Shown: piece after piece, positions 31,828 to 41,000 of the stretch
How positions within the stretch are numbered: the first letter of the stretch is position 1
Layout: each line of letters begins with the position of its first letter
Made by a program: the position numbers and the translations under genes
Origin: Candidatus Omnitrophota bacterium
GTDB lineage: Bacteria; Omnitrophota; Gorgyraeia; Gygaellales; Profunditerraquicolaceae
Length of the DNA stretch: 64,000 nucleotides
Assembly (NCBI GenBank): GCA_030650425.1
Contig: JAUSED010000003.1
Location: 263,903-327,902, forward strand
Direction of reading: 5' to 3'
Notes under the pieces: generated by a model
The model's database searches: none
The model's input: only the letters and a program-made list of their open reading frames with translations
Told to the model about the DNA's origin: nothing

Positions 31828-32244
31828 ATGCGTAAACGCACAGTTGCCCGGGAATTCGCTTTACAGGTTCTTTATCAGTTGGATATCACTAATGATACTC
31901 CTGAAAATGCGTTAGAAAATTTTTGGTCTAACCATAAGGATGAAGAGATTGAGGCTAGCCTAAAAGAGTTTTCTTCCGAGCTGGTTAAGGGTGTAGCGCT
32001 CAATCTGGAAGAGATCGATAAGAGTATAATGCGCTATGCGGCCAACTGGCAGCTTAAGCGGATGGCTGTTGTAGATAGAAATATTATGCGTTTGGGAGCT
32101 TTCGAGCTTTTATACCGCGAGGATATCCCTCCTAAAGTCTCGATCAACGAGGCGGTTGAGCTGGCTAAAAAATTTTCCGGGCTGGAATCCGGAAAATTCG
32201 TTAATGCGATATTAGATAAAGTCAAGCTTGAGAAAAATAAATGA
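31828..32244 (+). CDS. nusB: transcription antitermination factor NusB
   Basis: RKRTVAREFALQVLY, DRNIMR, INEAVELAK, FVNAILD. Confidence 0.96.
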   Translation: MRKRTVAREFALQVLYQLDITNDTPENALENFWSNHKDEEIEASLKEFSSELVKGVALNLEEIDKSIMRYAANWQLKRMAVVDRNIMRLGAFELLYREDIPPKVSINEAVELAKKFSGLESGKFVNAILDKVKLEKNK

Positions 32245-33083
32245 GCCTTTTATCTTCCAAGCGTTCAGCGGACCTGCATCTGCACACCTTATTTTCCGAT
32301 GGCACTTATACCCCTGAAGAATTAGTTTCACAGAGCCTTAAGGCCGGTTTATCGGCCATTGCCGTGGTTGACCACGATACAGTAGAAGGCGTGAGCCCGA
32401 CAATCGCGGAGGCTAAAGATCAAGCATTAGAGGTTTTGGCAGGTATAGAGTTAAGCGCGGCCTATGAGGATAAGGAAATCCATATCCTCGGTTATTTAAT
32501 CGACCATCAGAATAAAATTCTGCTTAAGAAGCTGGAATCCTTAAAAGAGAATCGTATTGAACGCGTACATAAGATGGTTGAAAAATTAAATAACCTCGGG
32601 ATAGATTTAAAACCTGAAAGCGTATTTGCTCTATCTGGAAATGGCACTGTAGGCAGGCTGCATATCGCGCGAGCCTTGGTTAAGGAAGGTTTGGTTCGTT
32701 CGCTATCCGAGGTATTTCAGAAATATATCGGCGATAATGGCCCGGCTTATGTTTTAGGATTCCGTTTTAGTCCTAAGGAGGCGATAAAGTTTATTAAGGA
32801 TTCAGGAGGGGTGCCTGTTTTGGCTCACCCTTATACCCTGCATAATGACGAGCTGATTTTAGAGTTCGTAAAATTAGGGCTGATGGGTTTGGAAGTTTAT
32901 TATCCGGAACATTCGCAAGGTATGGTTAATTTTTATCTAGAGCTGGCTAAGCAAAATAATTTATTGGTCACAGGAGGTTCGGATTGCCACGGTAAGGCTA
33001 AGCCGGAGGTACGTTTAGGCTCGATTAAAGTGCCTTATGAATTGGTTGAGAAATTAAAAGCAGCCAAAGAGGGTTTAAAATGA
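32241..33083 (+). CDS. PHP-domain phosphoesterase (TrpH/YciV-like)
   Basis: DLHLHTLFSDG, DHD, GRLHIA, LAHP, GGSDCHG. Confidence 0.92.
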   Translation: MSLLSSKRSADLHLHTLFSDGTYTPEELVSQSLKAGLSAIAVVDHDTVEGVSPTIAEAKDQALEVLAGIELSAAYEDKEIHILGYLIDHQNKILLKKLESLKENRIERVHKMVEKLNNLGIDLKPESVFALSGNGTVGRLHIARALVKEGLVRSLSEVFQKYIGDNGPAYVLGFRFSPKEAIKFIKDSGGVPVLAHPYTLHNDELILEFVKLGLMGLEVYYPEHSQGMVNFYLELAKQNNLLVTGGSDCHGKAKPEVRLGSIKVPYELVEKLKAAKEGLK

Positions 33084-34174
33084 AAACTCACGAATATTAC
33101 ATGGATCTGGCGATGAAATTAGCCTTAAAGGGTAAAGGATTGACTTCCCCTAATCCTTTGGTAGGCAGCGTAGTAGTAAAAAACGGCAATATTATAGGTA
33201 GGGGTTTTCATGCTAAGGCAGGGCTTGCTCACGCGGAAGTTATCGCTCTGGATGAAGCAGGTGATCAGGCAGAAGGAGGCACGCTTTATGTCACTTTAGA
33301 GCCTTGCGTTCACTTTGGCCGCACCCCTCCTTGCGTGGCTCGGATTATTAAAAGTGGGGTTAAAGAAGTGATTATCGGGATGATTGACCCTAATCCTTTA
33401 AATAATGGTAAAGGAAGCGAAATTCTTAAACAAAATAAGATAAAGGTGCAAGTCGGTTTCTTGGAAGATAAATTAAAAATGATGAATGAGGCGTTCATCA
33501 AATATATTACCAAAAAGATTCCTTTCATTACGGTTAAAGTCGCTGAATCTTTGGATGGCCGGATTGCTACGCGTACAGGCGATTCTAAATGGATAACTTC
33601 GGATAAATCCCGGGGCTTTGCGCACCGTTTGCGCGGAGATTTTGACGCGATTATGGTTGGAGTAAATACTGTTCTAAGGGATAACCCTAAGTTAGACGCC
33701 TGGTTTTCTAAAAAACAACCAATAAAGATCGTTGTGGATAGCCAGTTAAGTACGCCTGAAAAAGCGAATATATTTTCCGGGGCAAAGCCGGTGATTATCG
33801 CCACGCTGGCTAGTAATTTAGGCCAAGAGACTGAAAATAGGCAGATACTTGCCAGTAAAGCGCAGATCCTGGAGATTAAAGAGAAGGCAGGCCAAATTAA
33901 TTTAAAGGATATGCTCAAAAAATTAGCGGGCATGGGGATTGCCAATATACTGGTTGAAGGCGGAGGAATGCTTATCGGTTCATTATTCGACGAGGGTTTG
34001 GTGGATAAAATAATGTTTTTTATCAGCCCTAAGATTATCGGCGGAAAAGACGCGATTAGTTCGGTTATGGGGCAGGGGGTTTCGCGCGTAGAACGGGCGC
34101 TAAAGTTAAAAGATATTACCCTAAAGCGTTTTGGCGAAGATTTTTTGATTGAAGGGTATATTAAATCTATGTAG
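33080..34174 (+). CDS. ribD: bifunctional riboflavin-pathway deaminase/reductase
   Basis: PNPLVG, HAE, LEPCVHFGRTPPC, SLDGRIA, VEGG. Confidence 0.97.
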   Translation: MKTHEYYMDLAMKLALKGKGLTSPNPLVGSVVVKNGNIIGRGFHAKAGLAHAEVIALDEAGDQAEGGTLYVTLEPCVHFGRTPPCVARIIKSGVKEVIIGMIDPNPLNNGKGSEILKQNKIKVQVGFLEDKLKMMNEAFIKYITKKIPFITVKVAESLDGRIATRTGDSKWITSDKSRGFAHRLRGDFDAIMVGVNTVLRDNPKLDAWFSKKQPIKIVVDSQLSTPEKANIFSGAKPVIIATLASNLGQETENRQILASKAQILEIKEKAGQINLKDMLKKLAGMGIANILVEGGGMLIGSLFDEGLVDKIMFFISPKIIGGKDAISSVMGQGVSRVERALKLKDITLKRFGEDFLIEGYIKSM

Positions 34175-34190
34175 GGATTGATTTATTGAT

Positions 34191-34228
34191 AAATTCGTAG
34201 CGGACATTTAAATGTCCGCTACGAATTT
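34191..34228. repeat. perfect 38-bp palindrome (GTAG-type REP-like)
   Basis: AAATTCGTAGCGGACATTT|AAATGTCCGCTACGAATTT between ribD and ribE. Confidence 0.85.
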
Positions 34229-34238
34229 TAGAAAGCTT

Positions 34239-34811
34239 ATGTTCTCAGGCATAATTGAAGAATTAGGGATAGTAAAAAGTATTTCTCGCAAGGGCAATAT
34301 CACGCTTCTTGCAATCAATGCTGAAAAAACTTTGGTCGATACCAAAATAGGCGACAGCATAGCTGTAAACGGCGCCTGCCTTACCGCCGTAGAGATAAAA
34401 AAAGATTCTTTTACCTTTGAGGTAATGCCTCAGACTTTAAAAATTACTAATCTCGGGGCCTTAAGAATCGGGGAGAAGGTTAATCTTGAACGCAGCCTTA
34501 AGGTCGGCGACAGGATATCCGGGCATTTTGTCTTAGGCCATATTGATTGCTTGGGGATTATCCGTAAAAAAGGCTACTCTGGTGGTAATCTGGCTTTTGA
34601 AATAGCCATCCCGCCTGAATTTATTAAATATTGTCTGGCTAAAGGTTCGATTGCTGTAGATGGGATCAGCCTGACCATCGCGGATAGGAAATCCAGCGCG
34701 TTTAGCGTCTATATCATCCCACATACCCTCAAAAATACAACTTTAGGTTTCAAAGGCCCGTCAGATAAAGTGAATATCGAATTTGACCTCTTGGCCAAAA
34801 GAGAAAACTAA
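34239..34811 (+). CDS. ribE: riboflavin synthase alpha chain
   Basis: family N-terminus MFSGIIEE fixes the start at 34239; SIAVNGACLT, VNLER, GHFVLGHID. Confidence 0.95.
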   Translation: MFSGIIEELGIVKSISRKGNITLLAINAEKTLVDTKIGDSIAVNGACLTAVEIKKDSFTFEVMPQTLKITNLGALRIGEKVNLERSLKVGDRISGHFVLGHIDCLGIIRKKGYSGGNLAFEIAIPPEFIKYCLAKGSIAVDGISLTIADRKSSAFSVYIIPHTLKNTTLGFKGPSDKVNIEFDLLAKREN

Positions 34812-34829
34812 AAAAAATCCCAAAAAAAC

Positions 34830-34857
34830 TTGAAATTAGCTAAATTTGTGTTAAACT
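34830..34857 (+). promoter_or_regulatory. putative promoter of the giant-protein gene
   Basis: TTGAAA-N16-TAAACT with a TGn extension. Confidence 0.45.
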
Positions 34858-34925
34858 TAAAACAATTGTAGATATTAAGCTTAGCGCTTTTGCTGGAGGG
34901 CGAAAGCGCCTGGAAAAGCAGTTAG

Positions 34926-34976
34926 AACCAGAAGGCTGTTAGATAAAAGGGTCAGCTTTCTGGTTTTTTTATTTTA
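34926..34976 (+). terminator. intrinsic terminator between ribE and the giant gene (rib terminator or leader attenuator)
   Basis: AACCAGAAGGCTG...CAGCTTTCTGGTT followed by a T run. Confidence 0.7.
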
Positions 34977-35003
34977 TTCCCGTCATTACGGGAGTTATCC
35001 ACA

Positions 35004-35033
35004 GGGTAGGGGACACTTAAGTGTCCCCTACCC
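35004..35033. repeat. perfect 30-bp palindrome of the GGGGACA/TGTCCCC family
   Basis: GGGTAGGGGACACTT|AAGTGTCCCCTACCC directly before the AGGAGG RBS. Confidence 0.85.
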
Positions 35034-35045
35034 AGGAGGCCATCA

Positions 35046-38000
35046 ATGCGTTCATTAAGAAAGGTTTTATCCTTAGCTTTAATTCTAAGCCTACTCTTCC
35101 AGCAAATCGGCTTTGCCCAGATTGCTAGCGAGTTAAATATCGCCGGTTATCTCTCCCGGATGAGTAGCAATCTCTCAGTAGAAAAATTCCGTCCCGCGCA
35201 CCTGCGTTACTTCTCCTATAATAGTCTAAATGACAACTTCAAGGTACTCTTAGATAAAGGAGACTCTCCTACCAGCAGGGGACATTTTCCGTCAGGGCTA
35301 TCAGGGAACTCTTTAAAGGAAAGTGTCCCCTGGGACAAGGCTAAGCTTCAATCCGAAACCCAAACCCTGCTTAGTTATTTCCTCATAGGCGTAACCCTTC
35401 CAGATTCTATGTTCTGGGTCAACCTACGCCCTGACTCCGAAGACCAGATCATTGACCAATACTTAGAGAAAACAGACGTAGGCAGGATTATGCTGGAAGC
35501 TGACCTCCAGCTCAAGAAAGACACCGCTCAAATGACCTCTCCAGCTACCCCTGAAGGAAGAGAATACTGGGATAGGCTCTATAAGAAAGCCGCCGACCTT
35601 TACGGCTATGACAATGTGACTATTCCCACCTTAACCCGTCCTTGGATTGTTCCGGGTGAGATTATAGTCAGAGAGTCTAAAGATAGCGCCTATATCTATA
35701 AAGCTACGCTAAAAGTTATGCTAGAGCAGGATTACCTAAAGAGCTCCAAACTCCAAGCCCTAAGTTCTCAGTCAGACTATTCTTTTAAAGATATTCGCTC
35801 TAAAGCTCTTAATGAATACTCTACCCAACTAATCAAAGAACTAATTATTCCTAAACTTACTAAAGAAGTCAACTCATCCAAAAGATACGCTCCCCTAAGA
35901 CAGGTCTATTACTCTTTAATCCTCTCCCGCTGGTTTAAGCAGAAATTCAGAGGACTCTCCAAACCAGCAGGGGACATTTTCCGTCAAGGCTCTCACGAAG
36001 CAACTCAAAGGAAAGTGTCCCTTGCCTTTGTTAATCTTATCGATACCAAAAACCTCACCAACCTCATCTCCAAAGACTCCTGGAGCAAAACCGACTACTT
36101 CAAGCAATACCAGAAGTCCTTCTCCTCAGGCGAATACAATATCCAAGAGTCGGTGTATACTCCCACAGGCCAAGTTATCCGCAGCTACTTTAGCGGGGGG
36201 ATACAGATGGATGGAGCAGGAAGCCCGATAAATAATCCAGTTGGTTTTACTAACCTTGCTGATAAAGGAGATAGATTCTACAAAATTTCCAGAGGTGCAA
36301 ATCTAATAGGGATGGAGGGAAATTTTCGCACTGGGATTAAACTTTCCGCCGGTTCGCTGGTTGAGCTAACTGTGGAAGAGAAGAATAAGGTTTTGGAGAT
36401 TAGCAGCATACTTACCGGGATAAATGAAGCTACGCTAACTAATTCCGCGAAAATTGGCGAGATTAGAGAAAAATTAGGGGAAGTTCCGCTTATGGGACGT
36501 GTTGATTACATTTTCTCTTATGTACCAGGAAGCCAGATGACTCAAATGAAAAAAGTTATTATCCAAACACGGATCAAAGTTTTACGAAATAGTATTGTGG
36601 CTGATGTAGACAAGCGTCTTTCCGAACTCCTAAAAGGATTCAGAGAGATTAAAGGGATATCTGGCTCACCGGTAGAATTGACACCGGAAGACAGGAGGCA
36701 GATAGAAGAGATCCTTGGGCCAATAGACGAAGTCAGAGGTATAACCGATTACAATAGAATATCACCTATTGAAGGTAGATTAAAAACAGAAATACCGATG
36801 CAAAAGATTATATTGTATGCTCAAGAGTTTTTAAGCCCAGACCATGATCCTTCGCCGCTTCCAGTTAATAGAAGAGTTATCTTAGCAATAAAGTCTATTG
36901 TACTGCTTAGAACCATTATCGGCGAGAGCATTAAAGAAAGCACGCTGGCAGTTACGAATGCCCGTTTTATCGAAGAGCTCGCTCAAGTACGAGCCAATAT
37001 GTCTAATGGTGTTGCTTTATTAGCGGGCTACAATACATTTATAAGTAGATTGCAATTGCCTGATGAGTTTGTACATTTGAGGCTTTTCTCCGATAGCATA
37101 ATAGAAACATTTAATCAGATTAAACAAATATTCGATGCAAAGTCCTCCAATTCTCCGGTTAACCCGAAAGAATTAAAGAGGCTTGAGACAGCGATTGCCA
37201 ACGTAGCTGGTTCTATTTCTCCTGAGAAAAGAATGGAAGCTCTAGAGCGGGACTTAAAGGGTTTTCCGCTAACAGTGCTCAGAGTAAAGAAAGAGGAAAT
37301 GGAATCAAACACTGGTAATCATAACAATGATGACGCATTATATTCTGCGCTGTGTAATATTATCGCTGATAAAGAAAACCCATCAAGTCCCAATAACGAT
37401 AACCTATTAGGAGACGGTTCGATTAGGCAAAAACTCGAAAGTGTAACGCCGGCAACCGCACTAGATCGTGATGCAATGATTGCAAAAATCGAAGAATTAT
37501 CGAAAATCTCTTCTTTCTCTCTTGAAGAATATAAGAGAAGTGTGGCGAGGAATCCGGCAATAGATAAACGCAGGCGTCTTATACAAATAGAATTGTTAGG
37601 TGCGGCTATCGAAAAGAAAAAATCCAAAAATAATAAACCTGAAGCTTCCTCCGGTTCGCCGGTAGATAGGATTACAAAAGAGGAAGCCGAGGCTTGGCTT
37701 AGTCATAATATTAAGATACCAGAAAAAGTTGACTTGAACACTGGAATAGGCAATCATCCTAAGGAGTTTTCTCTTAATAAAAAAAGAATTAAAGAAGCCA
37801 TATATCCATTCTTGATGAGTTTACCAAGATCTGTTGAGCCGGAGAAGTTTGAATTTACATTTGAATTATCGAGTGTTTGGGTTTTAACGATTAGGGTACG
37901 CTATGGCGGTGAGACCAAAACAAATCCGCTAGTATTTCGTTTCTATTATCCCTATATTGAAGCTAATAAGTTTGACTCGGAAAAGTTAGCTGATGTAGAA

Positions 38001-41000
38001 AACACAATCATAGAAGAGATAAAAAGGGATTTTGTTTATAGGATTTTTGGACATTTCTACGGTGAACCATGGAAGCCTATTGAGGAATTTATCCAGATTT
38101 CTTGGAACAAGACAAATGATAACAGCAATTTGTATTTAGGAAAACAGTATCAAGGAGGCTTGAAGCCCGACTCATTTTTAGCTAAAGGCTCTCATGTTAA
38201 AAAGTATGGAAACGATACGCCAGTCGTTGATTTTATGGAGCTCTTGGATGCTTGGTTACAAGAAGGAGAGGCGGTATTTAGTGTTCCTGAAGCTACGCCT
38301 GAAGAGACAAGAAAGCAGGCAGAGCAAAATTTAGCATTTTTTAAGCTATACTTTAATAGAGATCTATCTGGTTCGCCGGATCAAAAATTCAACAGCTCGC
38401 CGATAGAAAAAAGCGATTCAAAACCAATAATATTGATTGTTGATGATGACGAAAATATTAGATGGATGATTAAAAATGAATTAAGGAAACAAGGTTTTGA
38501 GCCGGATCAATTATTGGAGGCTGAAAGCGGAGAAGAAGCCTTGAAAATATTAAATAAACAAAGAATAGACCTTGTTTTAAGTGACTATAACATGCCGTCC
38601 GGGATAAATGGGGGAGAGCTTTATGTGAAGATGTCAAAAAGCGCTGCCCTAAACAAAATCCCTTTTGTGATGTTAACCGGTGATCCAGATTCTGTAAGGA
38701 AAGAGCTTAAGCTTCCTGAGGGTGTACAGATACTTAACAAGTTCGCATCATTCGCGGAAGTTATTTACCCTGTTATGTTATCATTAATAAATGACAAGGA
38801 AAGAAAACCAGCCGTCGGCTCGCTGACTGAAACTTCTAAAGAAAATAATCCAGTCAACTCGCCTATTTTTAAAACGAAATTTTCAGCTAATGAGTTTACT
38901 AGTAAGGAAGGATTAATACAAGACCTGAAAAAGCTCGACGGGTTTCTTAAGGGAAAGGAAGGAAATGGCGAGCTTGTTTTTACGCTCAAATGGCTTGAAT
39001 GGATTAGTTTGGATAGAAGTTGGCGTGAAGGATTAATTGATTTACCAGATACTTCGGATTTCATCCTTAACTTCGCTAAATTTATTCATTTGTATTTATC
39101 AGAAACAGGGATAGGGAATGTTTCTCTTAAAGATAAACTAAATATAGCTAACAAACTTTGGGTGCGCCATTTAGAATTTATTGATAAATCCGGACAAATT
39201 GTACCGCCTCACCAAGCATTTTATTCTTATCGGTTTGCCAGCGAGATTAAAACACAAGGCGAAGTTGCTCTGCGTTTTTCCGTAGCTAAATCTGCGGTAG
39301 AGAAGGTGCGTTGGGCAGTTGAAAGTATCCCTGCAATGAGGGTGCGGTTGGATACTCTGGCGTTAGATACGGGATTATCTGTTGATGAGGTTATCGAAGC
39401 GCTAAAGACTATTAACGAAAAACGGAATGATTATGAGCTTCAAGGCGATATTCTTATTATCCCGAAAGTAACAAATGATTACTTGGATTTTAGGCCTTTT
39501 AGTGAAGAAGCGCGCCGATTAGGAGAGGCCTTACAGAATTTCGGTCTTCCAGAAGATGTAACGGTGATTATGCAATCATCAGGGTTGACTCTTGAAGGAT
39601 TGAAGTTTGCAGTGCAAGAGGCTAATGCTGTCAAAATATATAGGCCAACACTTGAGGTGCGCGATAGTAAGCTTACCTTTTTTACATACGATAGTAAAGG
39701 CAATCCGGTATATCCTAGTGCAGAGATGCCGTTAATAGTTCAGAGGAATACCAGCGATTCTGCTCTAGCCAGCTCGGCGATGCAGGTGAAGGATGCAGGG
39801 TTACCGGGTTTGCTTGGAGAAGATTTTAGCAAAGCGGATGTTAAAGTAATGCCGTTTGTGCTTAGTCGAGATGAAATTCCTGGTAAAGTTTTTAGTATTA
39901 TAGAAGCAACGTTAAAAAACCTTGAGAAGGATTTTCGTGGAATTTTGATTGAAAGACGAAACGGCCTGCTTTACGCTATAGACAAAGAATCCCAAGGAAC
40001 TTTACCAATTGATAAATCTAAGTCCATTACAACTCTGAAAGAAATTCTAGAAGCGGATTATTCTGAAAATCAACAGTTTACTTTTGTATGGATAAGTACT
40101 TCTGCTTATTCTGCGTTGGAGATAAGGCCTAAATATCCGTTGGCCGCCGGTTCGCCGACAACACTTGAGGAAGCGGTAAAATTTTTGCATTTTTTACAAG
40201 TGAATTGGATGCGTTTTCAGATTAGAGATGAGGAATCTTTTAAATATTTTGAGGAGCATGATAATAAGTTAGATAATGTAGATAATAGAATAGTCTATTC
40301 TGTGCCTCCAAATAAAAATGTAGCTGGGGGTTTTAATTTCGTAGTTAAAGATAGCGTAGAGCCGGAACAATTATTGGAGCGAGTTTTAAATTTCATAAAC
40401 GGAAGAAAAATCGTATGGAGCAATGAAAAAGAGCAGAAGGAAATCGCAGAAGGAATTACCACTAAGCTTAGTTCCTTAAGGCAAGCCAGCTCGGCGATGC
40501 AACAGGTTGAACCGGTTAACGTGAGAATGGTTGAAGCTGAAGAAGGGATAATAATACGAGGGGAGGTTGTAGTTCCGGCTGAAGTGAAAAACGGTCAATC
40601 AATAATGAGAATAAGGGTAGCAGGTGAAAATAGCGTGATTGTACTATTTAGTCTTCAGTTTTATAAGGGTACTGCCTTTGTGAGCGAAATCCTAGGAAAA
40701 CGAACATTTCTTTCGGGAACACCAAAGATAGAGTCACATGCCATAAAGTTTGATACAATTAAAGACATCTTGACAGTAGAGACACGAGATCCATATTGGA
40801 ATGGATATGAATATAAAGCAGATGTTATTTCATCCAGCTCGGCGGTGGAATTAAAAGAGGGGAATAAGTACTCTTTTTATGGGAAATACGGTTTATTGCG
40901 AGGTTGGGAGATAAAAATAAATAAACTTTTTGAAGACGGTAGTATTGAAGTAACGTTGGTTGAGCCCGAAAGCAAAGCAGGGAAGGCGTCCATAAAGAAC

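Noticed and set aside
34212-34238. Extension MSATNFRKL on riboflavin synthase
   Set aside because: This ATG lies inside the palindrome; the family starts with MF(S/T)G at 34239.
34995-35003. oriC suggested by a DnaA box
   Set aside because: Only one box, with no cluster, unwinding element or dnaA nearby; kept only as a possible regulatory site.
36525-36539. Extra junction-like motifs (PGSQM at 36525, AGSIS near 37206)
   Set aside because: Weak nucleotide match and apparently inside modules; left out of the count of 15.
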